From a virus: 64,000 nt of DNA. Position numbers and translations under genes: made by a program. A model generated the notes under the pieces. It saw only the letters and a list, made by a program, of their open reading frames with translations. It was not told the origin of the DNA and made no database searches. Below, in pieces: positions 1 to 9,966 of the stretch; positions within the stretch are counted from its first letter, which is position 1; every line of letters begins with the position of its first letter. Where the stretch lies: the IMG/VR virus record IMGVR_UViG_3300005337_000002; one strand, 5' to 3'.

Positions 1-291
1 CAGTTTCAGCCGGGGTACAGCACCTATCAGGACGTCATTGGAATGCTCGGCCCGCCGAATCAATCGACCCTACACAGTGATGGCACGCGCGAGGCGATCT
101 ATACCTACACGCAGATGCAACTGAAGCCGCTGAACTTTGTGCCCATCCTTGCGGCTTTCACTCAAGGGAGTACCGCCGAAACCACGACGGTGACGTTACT
201 CTTTGATGCGCGGGGGATGCTTGCCAGCTTCAGCGCGGCCCAGGGACAGACGACGGTGGGGACGGGGTTCGTGTCAGGGGGGCGGCAGTAA
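1..291 (+). CDS. 3' part of a BamE/SmpA-like small lipoprotein-type protein
   Basis: Frame open from window start (QFQPGYSTYQDVIGMLGPP...YTY...LLFDARGML) resembles the SmpA/OmlA domain; 5' end is outside the window. Confidence 0.5.
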   Translation, partial: QFQPGYSTYQDVIGMLGPPNQSTLHSDGTREAIYTYTQMQLKPLNFVPILAAFTQGSTAETTTVTLLFDARGMLASFSAAQGQTTVGTGFVSGGRQ

Positions 292-292
292 T

Positions 293-1165
293 TCAAGCGC
301 CCACATAGGCTTTGACTATTTCCAGTCGGCAATGACCAAGTTCTTCGGACAGAATCGACCGCGCATCCTGGTCCCGCTCTCGCTGCTCTGGGGTCAAGTC
401 CCTATGGCTTGGCCCGCCCGCCACTGGACACAGAAACCCCGTCAACTCCAGAAACCGCCGCTGGGCATACGCATGCCGCAGGCCGTGCATATTGTGCAGC
501 CCCACGCGCTTCACCCAGTCGTCATAGCGGTAGCGTTGTTGGATATACGTGCGATGCGTGGGGATGAGCGACGCCTCCTTGCTCGGGAGCGTTTGCTTGA
601 GCCGGTCGAGGACCTCGCGTTGCGCGGCGGTCGCAATGGGAATCTGGCGCGGGCGTCCGCCCTTGGTCCACGAGCCTTGCAGCACCAGGTACTGCCCCTG
701 ATCCGCCTGCCACAGGCGTATCTTGATGCTCTCCTCCCGGCGCAACCCAAAGGCCCGTTGGAGTTCGAGGGAGGCTCGCACCCAGCGATCCTGTACGCGC
801 ATGAGGACATCATTCGGGACCGTCTGCGCTTTCGAGGTCTTGGCCACGAACTGCCGCGGGGGCAGGGCATAGATCGCGTTGTCTTTGGGCAGGATACTCA
901 CCCGATTGATCTTGTGTGCCCACCAGCGGAGAACGCTCAAGCGGTTGCGAATGGTGGCGCCGCTCAAGCCTTGCGTGTGCCAGAGCGCGAGGAGCTTGTC
1001 GATATGCCGGCCCTTGAGGTCCGTGGCGTGCAAGTCTTTATAGCCAAGGTGGATCAGTTGGTCGGCCATCTGCGCCAGGATCGTGCGCCGATTGGCCTGG
1101 GTCATGAAGGAACCATCGCGGTTGCGCTTGGTGAGTTGGACGAGTTCGTAGGTGAGTTGCTTCAT
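293..1165 (-). CDS. int: Tyrosine recombinase/integrase (small Integrase_1-like type)
   Basis: Catalytic set FGLRREE (R), TKGG (K), HGLRH (HxxR), LGH, KAYVG (Y); 290 aa. Confidence 0.93.
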   Translation of the reverse strand: MKQLTYELVQLTKRNRDGSFMTQANRRTILAQMADQLIHLGYKDLHATDLKGRHIDKLLALWHTQGLSGATIRNRLSVLRWWAHKINRVSILPKDNAIYALPPRQFVAKTSKAQTVPNDVLMRVQDRWVRASLELQRAFGLRREESIKIRLWQADQGQYLVLQGSWTKGGRPRQIPIATAAQREVLDRLKQTLPSKEASLIPTHRTYIQQRYRYDDWVKRVGLHNMHGLRHAYAQRRFLELTGFLCPVAGGPSHRDLTPEQRERDQDARSILSEELGHCRLEIVKAYVGA

Positions 1166-1389
1166 GCGAAGCCCATATCAGGGGCAGGGCATGGCTGCCC
1201 GTCGTGCGTCTGATAGCGTTCCTGTTCGATCGTCATATTGACGGTCGCCATATCGCGCCAGATGCGATAGGGTGGGCAGGGATGCCACTCGCCTGCATCG
1301 TTGCGCTGGAACACAATACCGTGTTGCTCCCACCATGCACGATGTGCGGCCTCGTCTAGTCGTAATACTCGCATGTCACGCTTGCACAT

Positions 1390-1948
1390 CGTCACTCTGA
1401 TATACATATAGAGTGTTGGAGTCTTATCGAGGTCGCTTCCCACGGTCGTCCGTGTGGTCAGTGTCGGTGGGCACCGCATACGGTCTCTCCTATGCAGTCT
1501 CAAGTCTTGCCCGTGTGGGAATAGGGTACGCTGGTCCCCGCAGGTGGTATGCCGTCGCCGGCACCGGGTCTCGTCAGGAGACGCCGCAGCGTGTCTATCA
1601 CAACCATCTATGTCAAATAGCCAGGGGGTCCCGTCCCGCAGCGGGCTATGAAGCGCTGCGGGACAGTCCTACGTTCGGATGGAACGATGCGTCTTCCTCT
1701 GCCTCGTTTCTGCGATACGAGACGGTCATCGTGAGCCCAGATGTGGGGTACATAACCCTCGCAGAGCGGAAACCTCATCAGTCCTCCGTCGACCGATTTC
1801 TGATGGGGACAGACGCAGACGCGAAGCAGGGATGCGATGCATCCAGACATCTCGCTTTGCAGCGAGGGCAGGCCCTTCCGTGCGAGAAGGGCAGTCCGAA
1901 GCCCACCTTCCTCACGGCCTCGGCGTGTTAGGGGTCAGCCTAACAATT
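1390..1948 (-). ncRNA. Putative large structured RNA leader upstream of the integrase
   Basis: Ten or more hairpins on the - strand, including GNRA loops (ctcgct-GCAA-agcgag, tgccg-GCGA-cggca) and an 11-bp perfect stem at 1633-1664; directly downstream of a sigma70 promoter. Confidence 0.6.
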
Positions 1949-1954
1949 GGCAGG

Positions 1955-1983
1955 AGGATAGTGGAAACAACTGTTACTGTCAA
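1955..1983 (-). promoter_or_regulatory. Sigma70 promoter driving the integrase leader
   Basis: TTGACA (1983-1978), 17 nt spacer, TATCCT (1960-1955). Confidence 0.7.
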
Positions 1984-2243
1984 GCATGAGGAGTGGTCTG
2001 TGAGGCATCGATCCTATAGAATGGAGGGGTGTGTCGTATCCGCGGCCTCCATGGCGTCTCCTGTGCGGGCAACACTTCTCTCCCCCGCGCAATGAGCGCA
2101 GCAATATCGTCCTCATCAAAGCCCAGTTTGCGGCCGAGTTTAACTGCCGGCAGTCCTAGCCGCACCCGAAACCGCTTATCGGCAAGACTGCGAGGCGAGA
2201 GACTCAGTCGCTCTGCAGCCTTTTCGAGTGTGAGAATCGCCAT
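1980..2243 (-). CDS. Excisionase-like HTH protein
   Basis: LTLEKAAERLSLSPRSL...LPAVKLGRKLGFDEDDI is an HTH_17/Xis pattern; lies upstream of int. Confidence 0.8.
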   Translation of the reverse strand: MAILTLEKAAERLSLSPRSLADKRFRVRLGLPAVKLGRKLGFDEDDIAALIARGREVLPAQETPWRPRIRHTPPFYRIDASQTTPHA

Positions 2244-2820
2244 GTAATACTCCTTCTATTTCAGAGTTGATTTTTTGGTATCTCCTCCGCAGTGACGCGG
2301 CAGGCCAGCGCAGGGCTTCCCCCGCGCCAGGCCACGCGTGCGCGCCGATCCATCCGCGACATCTCAGCGGGATCGGCGCAGACAGGACGTCGGGCATCAC
2401 CCCCTCTCAGTCTCCGCTCAGGGTATATTCCAGCACCCGTCAGGTTTGGACTGGCAATCAAAGAGACGCTCATCCAAATGACGAGGTACATAGTCACGCA
2501 GCATCACCTCCTCTCAGGGACACACTCAAGGTATTGCCTGTGGGAGCTTGCCGTCATCACCATCACAGACAATAGTTTCGCCAACAATATGACACCCACG
2601 TTCATGTCGCATCACCCCCTTTCAGCGCGCCGCGGCACGTCGGTCCGCCACGTACGCAGCTGGCGCACCCAGCGCTCCTCGTGCTCCAATGCCCCCTCGA
2701 CCCAATAGGTCAGACGATGCCGCGCCAGCGTCTGCAGCACCCGCTGCCAGGTCGGTCGCGGATAGTGCGTCGCTGGATGGGCGCAGGAGCGCTGGACACA
2801 TTTCTTGGCTTGACGGCGTT

Positions 2821-3234
2821 TCATGGGGTGGCTCCTGGCGACGTACACACCCACCGGGGCGCACGATACGTACAGTCAGCACTTCCCGTAACGGGCGGCA
2901 TGGGCGTCCCACGCTGCACGGCCGCTTGGTACGTCTGAGCATCGAGGAGGACGGTGATCGCGGCAAACGTGCCAGCGACCGTGGCATCCACATCCAGGCG
3001 CCCCACCAGCGTATCGGCCTCGTGTAGATGGCGCACCACGGCACACGCGCCGGCCCGCTGGGGCGAGACGATCACGGCATAATGCAGGACACCCGTGGCC
3101 GTCGTCTCCATCAGGCAGGTTTGAGGCAGCAGTAGGACACGCTGGGGCAGAACCGGCCAAAGCCAGGTCGCCGCAAACACGGGGGCAAGGCCCAAGAGCG
3201 CCAGCACCGTGAGGGCACGAAAGAGGGGGATCAT
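2821..3234 (-). CDS. Membrane-anchored protein with a tail-fibre-repeat-like domain
   Basis: N-terminal hydrophobic segment; 11/44 ungapped identities to repeat 1 of the fibre at 50678-52198. Confidence 0.55.
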   Translation of the reverse strand: MIPLFRALTVLALLGLAPVFAATWLWPVLPQRVLLLPQTCLMETTATGVLHYAVIVSPQRAGACAVVRHLHEADTLVGRLDVDATVAGTFAAITVLLDAQTYQAAVQRGTPMPPVTGSADCTYRAPRWVCTSPGATP

Positions 3235-3441
3235 GGCCCCTCCTGCACGATAAACACAGCAAACGCAGTGCGGAAGACCGCGAGGCGCGCCTCACGCGCA
3301 CCGGCGGTTTGCAGACCCCCACGCCGTTTGGCCTCGACCAGACACACGGCGGAGCACGCGGTATGCCGGAATCCGCCATAGGGCGCAGGCGCGGGGGCAC
3401 GGACACCACAGCCCTCGCATTTGTAGGTCGCGACAGGCTGG

Positions 3442-3732
3442 TCAGGGGGTGGGGGCATCGGGAACTTCCTCCTGACGGAGGACCAGCGTGGCCAGTGCCT
3501 CCACCGTCGCCCAGGGGAGCGCCACTTCGCCCTCGCGCATGGCAGGCACGCCGCTGCCTGCCTGGACCAGCAGCGTAATGGGCTTCCCCAACTCGCGTGC
3601 ATACGCCAGTTGTCGCTGGCAGCGACGATCCTTGTGCCAGTTGGGCGTGACGAGCGCGACAAACACGTCATTGGTGCGCACATGGCGTTTCCAGTCAAGG
3701 CCATGCGTATGCATGTCAATGGGCATAGGCAT
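3442..3732 (-). CDS. Minimal TIR-like protein, catalytic Glu apparently replaced by Gln
   Basis: DVFVALVTPNWHKDRRCQRQLAYARELGKPITLL matches the TIR_2 core; AGGAGG RBS before ATG 3732. Confidence 0.6.
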   Translation of the reverse strand: MPMPIDMHTHGLDWKRHVRTNDVFVALVTPNWHKDRRCQRQLAYARELGKPITLLVQAGSGVPAMREGEVALPWATVEALATLVLRQEEVPDAPTP

Positions 3733-3742
3733 CCCTCCTGCC

Positions 3743-4027
3743 TTATTTCGCACGAAAGGTGACCGACGCACTCTCGCCGCTACAGCCAGACGGGAGGTCA
3801 AAGACACTGCTGGCCTTGCCCGTCTGGCGGAGCGTGAGCCGCACTTTCTCTGCGGGAGGCTCACCGCGCAGGACCGTTGTGCCATCGGACCAGACGGTAC
3901 AGTTGCGGCAGGCGACCCCGTCATTTTTCTCGAGTTTGGGCGGTCCCTCGACTTTGTCAAGGACATAGCCCTCAGGCGGGGTAAACGTGAAGCCGGCGGC
4001 GAGCAGGCAGGTGAGCAGAATCAGCAT
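3743..4027 (-). CDS. Small secreted protein
   Basis: N-terminal hydrophobic leader MLILLTCLLAAG; AAGGAG RBS. Confidence 0.55.
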   Translation of the reverse strand: MLILLTCLLAAGFTFTPPEGYVLDKVEGPPKLEKNDGVACRNCTVWSDGTTVLRGEPPAEKVRLTLRQTGKASSVFDLPSGCSGESASVTFRAK

Positions 4028-4774
4028 ACGGCGCTCCTTGTGGGTTGAACAGACAGCGATCTCTCACAGCGACAATGGGCGGGGCACTGATGACACTGCC
4101 CACAGCGGACGCCCCACCAGGCCCGCCAGGGGAGGAGGAAGTGCGGCGTGGGCGGGACCTGCACAGCATCACAGCCACAGGCATCGGTCACAGCCCGCGT
4201 CCCGGCATGGGCACAGCAATCGCAGTAGCGCGTGCGTTCCGGCAGACGGTGGTGCGGCATCAGTGTAGCTCCTCCAGCGTAAACACATCGCCCTCTGCTT
4301 CCCACGTGGTACTCGCTGGGGCCAGCGTCCGCGTCACGAGGTACTCATACAGCGGCGGCATAATATCACGGCGAGTATAGCGTTGCTGGATCACGACCGC
4401 CGGGCCATAGCCGTCCTCGTACCACACCTGCACCGGCTCGCCCTGGGCATAGCGCCACCGCACGAGGCCCCAGCGGGACAGCCAGCGGCGCAGACGTCCC
4501 GGCGTCTCACGGCGCCGCGGGGGTGGACGCGGTGCGGCCATCAGGGGGGCGTCTGGCGGAGGGGACGCGCCTTCATGCGCCTGCGCCCGGAGGGTGCGGA
4601 GCAGGTCGGCCGCAGCGGTGGCCAGCAGCGCGCGCCAGCCTGGCGGGAGGGCCCGCCCCGCCGGTGCCCGGAGCAGATCCTGGCAATCGCGGGCGAGTTT
4701 GTAGGCGCCCTGCCCCACGCGGTCGGTCGGCTCGAGGTGACAGGCCCAGAGGGGTCCGCGGGCGGGCGGAGGCC

Positions 4775-6886
4775 TCACGCGTCCTCCTTGCTCGGGGGCG
4801 CGCCTAGGGGCAGCGCGGAGAGCTGGCCCGCGGTCGTCCCGTAGCCGGTGTCGGCCAGCGCGGTCAGGCTGTGCCCAAACGGGCCCCCCGCCGTCGTACG
4901 ATAATGGAGACCGCCGCGCTGGCCCGTCCCGACGATATCGGCATACGGCGGGGAACTCACCGCACAATCGAGCTGGCCTGGGGGCATCGCGGCGAGTTGG
5001 CCCGGGGACGATCCATACCCGCGCGGGTGGTTGATTTGGGAATTTTTCCCAGTGGTGCCGCCAGACCGGCGCGGGCGAGAGGTGCGCTGTCTGCGGTCGG
5101 CAATCGACGTCCTCTCGTCTTGCCCATGGAAACTCTCGGCATAGGGCGGTGAGCTGATCGTGCACGCACACCCCTGGAGGAGCGGCAACTGTTGCCAGGC
5201 GTCCTCGGGCGGCAGGGGCGCGGGCTTGCGCATGCAATAGACCGTCTCCCATGCAATCGCGAGGTCCGGACGCTTCCGTTCATGCAGGCGGCGGAAGAAG
5301 GAGATGCGCTTGGTCTGGAGTGTCTCGGTCGAGGGCGTCGGGGTATAGCGCCCGGTGGTGTGGAGCGGCGCGCAGAGACTGTCGCCCTCAGCGTCGGTCC
5401 AGTGCATATCCGCGCCGTCCTGGGAAAAGAGCGTCTCCTGCGTGCCGTACTCCTCGGTCAGCACGGCGTGGTGCTCGTGGAGGGTCTCGAACCCGACACT
5501 TTCAGCGGCGAGGCGCCAGTCGCCAGGAAAATCGACGATGGTCCCGTCACGACAATAGCCTTTGACCACCCACAGCGCGTGGCCGCCTGGCCGCACGACG
5601 GCAAAGGTTTGCCGCAGAATCTGCACCGCTGCAGACCAAAAGGTGGTCGGCGCTGCGGTGCCGAGCTGCCCCGGACTGGCCCCATATGTCTGTGCCGCTA
5701 TGCCCCCGACGCCATGCGTGCCAAACGCGGCTTGCTGCGTGCGGTCGCGGCGGCCCCCGTCCACCTTCGACCAGTCAATCGCATCCCGCGTGTCATTGAG
5801 ACTGGCCGCGTAGGGAGGTGAGGACACGAGGCAGTCGGCCACCGGCATGGTTCCTAACTGCCCCGGCGAGTCGGGATAGTGATAATCCCCTTTGTTGCGG
5901 TCAGCACTTTGGCCAGTGGCGCGTGTCCCAGCACCAGCGCCGAGCTTTGTTGGCTTGGTATCCGTATTAGAAAAGGGGGGAGATGAGATCAGGCAGTCGG
6001 CCACTTCGCCCGTCGCCATGTTCCCGAGTTGCGCCGGATCACTGCCGTAGTACGGGTCCACGATGCCCTTGTCGTGCATGATGCCACGGTGACTATCCTT
6101 GTCGCGCTTGGCGTGGTCGGCGTAGGTATGTTCTTTGCCAAGGCCGTGGGCATAGGGCGGACTACTCACGCAGGCCGCAACCTGCCCGGCCAGCACCTTC
6201 TCCAACTCCCGACTATCGCCTCGCAGCAGCACGGCGCCCGTGTGGCCCTGCGCCGCCCAGGTCTCCAGATTGCCCTGGTAGTGATGCGGCCCACTCGACG
6301 GAATCGTGCCGCTGTTGTGGGCATAGCTCGTCGTCGTCACGGCAAAGAGCGTCGCCACCGGGCCATGGGGCGGTGGACGCACGCCATCCTGCCGATCTGG
6401 CAACGGCAGCGGCAGAAACGGCACGGTCCGCTGCCGCACGCGCTGGCCCGGTTTGGGCCGCGTCCGAAAGGTGCGGCGCCGGGCCACGGGCAGGCCGGTG
6501 CGCTGGGACGCCTGGGTCAGACAGCGCGGACACCAGTAGTGACCGTCTGCATAGCGCAGGCGTGTCCAGCGGCCATAGCAGCGCACCCAGTCCGCCTTGG
6601 TGATGCCGGTACAGTCACAGCCGGTGCCGAGATCATTGAAGGGTTGCTCCAACTCCACGCCGATCCAGCGACAGCCGAGGGCCATGGCATCCCAGGCGCC
6701 GAGGCCGACCCCCCCGAAGGGGTCAACAATGGTCGATCCCGGGGCAAGCCAGCCTTCGGCCGCCGCATGCGCATAGATGTGCTGAATGAGCGCCCGTGAG
6801 AATTTCGCCGGGTGCCCGAAGGCTTCTGGGACAATGTGCTGCCAACTGCTGCTGTACAACGATCGCCACACCGTTACGTCAACCAT
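4775..6886 (-). CDS. Amino (N4-C/N6-A) DNA methyltransferase with five SPP(Y/F) modules
   Basis: HPAKF, motif I DPFGGVG, GVELE, five SSPP(Y/F) motifs, downstream VVRPGG strand. Confidence 0.85.
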   Translation of the reverse strand: MVDVTVWRSLYSSSWQHIVPEAFGHPAKFSRALIQHIYAHAAAEGWLAPGSTIVDPFGGVGLGAWDAMALGCRWIGVELEQPFNDLGTGCDCTGITKADWVRCYGRWTRLRYADGHYWCPRCLTQASQRTGLPVARRRTFRTRPKPGQRVRQRTVPFLPLPLPDRQDGVRPPPHGPVATLFAVTTTSYAHNSGTIPSSGPHHYQGNLETWAAQGHTGAVLLRGDSRELEKVLAGQVAACVSSPPYAHGLGKEHTYADHAKRDKDSHRGIMHDKGIVDPYYGSDPAQLGNMATGEVADCLISSPPFSNTDTKPTKLGAGAGTRATGQSADRNKGDYHYPDSPGQLGTMPVADCLVSSPPYAASLNDTRDAIDWSKVDGGRRDRTQQAAFGTHGVGGIAAQTYGASPGQLGTAAPTTFWSAAVQILRQTFAVVRPGGHALWVVKGYCRDGTIVDFPGDWRLAAESVGFETLHEHHAVLTEEYGTQETLFSQDGADMHWTDAEGDSLCAPLHTTGRYTPTPSTETLQTKRISFFRRLHERKRPDLAIAWETVYCMRKPAPLPPEDAWQQLPLLQGCACTISSPPYAESFHGQDERTSIADRRQRTSRPRRSGGTTGKNSQINHPRGYGSSPGQLAAMPPGQLDCAVSSPPYADIVGTGQRGGLHYRTTAGGPFGHSLTALADTGYGTTAGQLSALPLGAPPSKEDA

Positions 6887-7524
6887 GAGGACGCCTCCAT
6901 GCGTGGCAGACGACGTGCACCACGAGGAGCCGGACGTTTGCCGCGACAGTTATGTCCGACCAGAAAGCGGCGCGGGCGCCCTTTTTTATCGTACTGTGCC
7001 AAAGGAGTCGCGCAACCACATGCACACAGGATGAGAGGATTCTCTGCTCCCACGCGACGCGTGTTGGGATTGTTGCCATGCTGTTGTGCATGGAGGGCTC
7101 TATCGACCACTTCTAAATTGTCAGGGCTATTATTCTGTTTGTTCTGATCTTTATGATGCACACATTCATTGCGACGCAGCGGCCGTCCGAGCATCGCTGT
7201 AACGACAACAATATGTTCCAAGACCCAGCCATTCGATGTGGCATGAGGATGTGATGGGCATTTAATCCGTACATAGCCATATGCGGTGATATGGCGCGTG
7301 CTGCTTTGCGCTCGTTGACATGTTTTTGAGCAGAAAAAGCGGCGGGATGCCCGTCGTCGCACGCGTGTACCGCACGTGCGACAGGGAAATTCTTCCACAT
7401 ACGATTCTTGAACAAAACGCCCCGTCGCATCTCTTGTACGCCCTGTCCATACATCGACCGCAGGTCCTCTGCCCACCCCATGATTTTCCTTCTTGGGTTC
7501 TTGCATATGAGCGAAATTCTCCAT
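6874..7524 (-). CDS. HNH (homing) endonuclease
   Basis: EHIVV..MLGRPL..NECVHHKDQNKQNNSPDNL; Cys-rich zinc motifs. Confidence 0.85.
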   Translation of the reverse strand: MENFAHMQEPKKENHGVGRGPAVDVWTGRTRDATGRFVQESYVEEFPCRTCGTRVRRRASRRFFCSKTCQRAQSSTRHITAYGYVRIKCPSHPHATSNGWVLEHIVVVTAMLGRPLRRNECVHHKDQNKQNNSPDNLEVVDRALHAQQHGNNPNTRRVGAENPLILCACGCATPLAQYDKKGRPRRFLVGHNCRGKRPAPRGARRLPRMEASSWLT

Positions 7525-7559
7525 CAGTCACATTGTTTCTTCTCCAGCGATCCCCCCCA

Positions 7560-8408
7560 TCACCGCCTCTCCTGTCCTCCTGAGCCAGTACTCGTCCCCG
7601 TTCCCGGCACAAATGCCCCCACCCCGACCTGCACCCGTGCCACCTGTCCGCGCTCCGTCGTGGCATCGAGCAGCGTCCCCACGACATAGCCGGTGCGCGG
7701 CGGGGTCGCTTGCGCATGACAGCGGCCGACCAGGTCCTGGGGCGCGGGCACGATATACCACCCGTGTGCCTGGGTGAGGGCGCTATCCATCTCGCACAGC
7801 GCCTCGCCCTCCGCCGCGACGAGGGCATGGCCGACCGTCCCGGCCCCCGCGAGGACAACGAAGAGCGGGACCGTGGGATCGCGCGAGACGCGCACGCCCG
7901 TGCCTGTGTGCTGGGCGAGCCGGTACTTGACGGTCCCCGTCGCCGCCTCATTGGGCACCGCCATCACGCGTGTCGACGGGCGTATCAGTGAGGACGAGTC
8001 TCCTTGTGGCAGGAGACTCGCCGCCTGGAGGATGGGCTGTGGCATGCTCGTCACGGTCCCCGTGCCTGCTCCTGTGTCTGCCGCGGTGGCGACATCCCGG
8101 GGCGTCCTGGCGGGTGCCTCCGCGCTCCACGTCGTGGGGAGCGGCGGGGACAGCGCCACGGGCACGGGCCGCACCGTGTACGGCCACCAGCGGTGCATCG
8201 GCGCCACTAGCAGGAGATACACCCCCACACAGGGCGCGAGCACCGCCAGCACCGTCCAGCCCCACACCACGAGTGCGTCAGTATCCCGCGGGCGGGGAGG
8301 ACGCCCCGTCCGCCGCCAGGTCCGCCCTGAGGCCGAGCCATACGCGGACGTCCGCCACCGGGCAATCTCCTCAGGCGTATAGTCCCACAGGGCTTTGTCA
8401 GGCGGCAT
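7560..8408 (-). CDS. Single-TM protein carrying a paralogue of the N-terminal domain of 44145-45569
   Basis: TM at about aa 46-69; about 50/135 identities by hand alignment, including C-x-MD and GxCHAQA. Confidence 0.8.
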   Translation of the reverse strand: MPPDKALWDYTPEEIARWRTSAYGSASGRTWRRTGRPPRPRDTDALVVWGWTVLAVLAPCVGVYLLLVAPMHRWWPYTVRPVPVALSPPLPTTWSAEAPARTPRDVATAADTGAGTGTVTSMPQPILQAASLLPQGDSSSLIRPSTRVMAVPNEAATGTVKYRLAQHTGTGVRVSRDPTVPLFVVLAGAGTVGHALVAAEGEALCEMDSALTQAHGWYIVPAPQDLVGRCHAQATPPRTGYVVGTLLDATTERGQVARVQVGVGAFVPGTGTSTGSGGQERR

Positions 8409-8715
8409 GCCGGTCCCTCTCCCGCATCAGTCCCTCGCTTGCTCATCCGCAAGGAAATCAGGCACCACATAGCGCCCCACAAAATACGTCAGGGTGCCAA
8501 GGTGCAGGCTCACGCCGAGCACAAACCACGGCAGCGGCGGATGGAGGACGCTTAGCACGAGATCGACCATCGTCGCGCTCAGCATCGCCACGCAGGCCAC
8601 GGGCGCGGCCCAGGACGCGGGGGCGGGGCGCACCCAGAGCCGTCCCTGCTGGGTATGGCGGTACGTGCGCAGGATGCGGGTCCGTTGCGCCGCATGACGA
8701 CTGACGCGCATGGGA

Positions 8716-9207
8716 TTAGGGCGCATGACGGTCCTCCTGTGCGGCGTCAGACGGTATCAGTGTGAGATGCACATAGCGCGCGACACCATACCCGTGAATC
8801 TGCACCGTCAGGCCCGTGCCTGGCGCCACGACCAGGGGTGACGTGAGAGGCTGCACCCGCAACAGTTGGTCCCCGCAGGGATAGCCACTGCGCCACGTGT
8901 CGTCGACTTTGATATCGACCGACGCGTTCGCCGTGTCCGCAACGCAGCGCAGGCGTGTATAGGTTTTGGCCGCAGGGCTCAGGTTGGTGCAGATCCACTC
9001 GTCGGTTTCGGTGGTGAGCGCCTCGGCCTCTGCGGAGAGGCTCCCGAAGATAATCGTACAGGGAAATGCCTGTGATGACCGGTGCGCCGGGAACCAGAAG
9101 ACTGACCGGTCCGGCTCTTCGACCAGCGGGCATGCCCACCAGAGGCCTACGAGGAGCCCCGCGCTCAAAAGAGTCCCGCCGATGAGCAGTACCTTTAGCA
9201 TGTCCAT
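8716..9207 (-). CDS. Single-TM protein carrying a paralogue of the C-terminal domain of 44145-45569
   Basis: N-terminal TM; PC.I..GS.S..A..L....D...C.N...T...C.AD pattern shared (16/50 in the core). Confidence 0.75.
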   Translation of the reverse strand: MDMLKVLLIGGTLLSAGLLVGLWWACPLVEEPDRSVFWFPAHRSSQAFPCTIIFGSLSAEAEALTTETDEWICTNLSPAAKTYTRLRCVADTANASVDIKVDDTWRSGYPCGDQLLRVQPLTSPLVVAPGTGLTVQIHGYGVARYVHLTLIPSDAAQEDRHAP

Positions 9208-9606
9208 TCTCCATGCTCCTCCGGCCAGGGAGAGCCACAACAGGGGCGATAGCCCTGCGGCCAGCGATCCTGCCGGCGCGTATACCAGGGCCACCAGCGT
9301 CCTGCATCCGTCAGCACGTCGGCATACCAGGCCCGCACGGTCGCAGCTTCCTGGGCCGAGTACGTGCCATCCTCCAGCAGCGGTACGAGGGCGCTATACG
9401 ACGTCCGAAGCATACGTCGAACATGGGCTTGCAAGCGCAGCCAGTGCAGATAGGCGATGCTCCAGCCCAGAATGAGCAGCGCACCGAAGACCCCGCAACT
9501 CACGAGCAGTATATGTCCCATGCGTCCTCTATCCTTTCTGTAGAGATCCGGTTACAATTTCACCCCAGCAGGCCCCATGAGACTCTCTCACGCAAAGGAT
9601 GTGTCT

Positions 9607-9966
9607 ATGTGTCCGCCCGCCTGTTGGATCGTCTCGTTCAGTTTCGGCGTCCTCCTCGGCGTCGGCCTGGCCCATCTGGCCCTGTGGATGGTCGCCCCAC
9701 CCCAGCGCGTGTTCTTGCGCGACGTCCCCGCCCCGCAGTGCCATGTCACCGCCTATGCGGCCAATGGCGCCGTGCTGGGCACACTCCTGGTCGCGCCCTC
9801 GCCGTATCACACGAATGCGGTCCACCTGCGCTGGGTACCCGAGGCCCCGCTGGCAGGCTACGTGCGCGTGACCGACCTCACCGCCGCGCTGGAGATCGCC
9901 TGGCCGCTGGGGGCTCACAGCCGGGTACCAGGACTGATGCCACAGGCGAGCGACAGCCGCACTTGA
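9607..9966 (+). CDS. Single-TM protein with a beta-rich fibre-repeat-like domain (antisense to the operon)
   Basis: AAAGGA RBS, TM, then PQRV as in 2821-3234. Confidence 0.5.
   Translation: MCPPACWIVSFSFGVLLGVGLAHLALWMVAPPQRVFLRDVPAPQCHVTAYAANGAVLGTLLVAPSPYHTNAVHLRWVPEAPLAGYVRVTDLTAALEIAWPLGAHSRVPGLMPQASDSRT

Noticed and set aside
280-300. Prophage attachment site next to int
   Set aside because: No tRNA or repeat partner visible; the flanking lipoprotein-type gene may itself be phage-borne
203-1213. 336-aa + strand ORF
   Set aside because: Shadow of the integrase
1560-1785. CUGAUGA and CUGACGA on the - strand suggesting hammerhead ribozymes
   Set aside because: No stem II closing onto a correctly placed GAAA; both motifs are used in other hairpins
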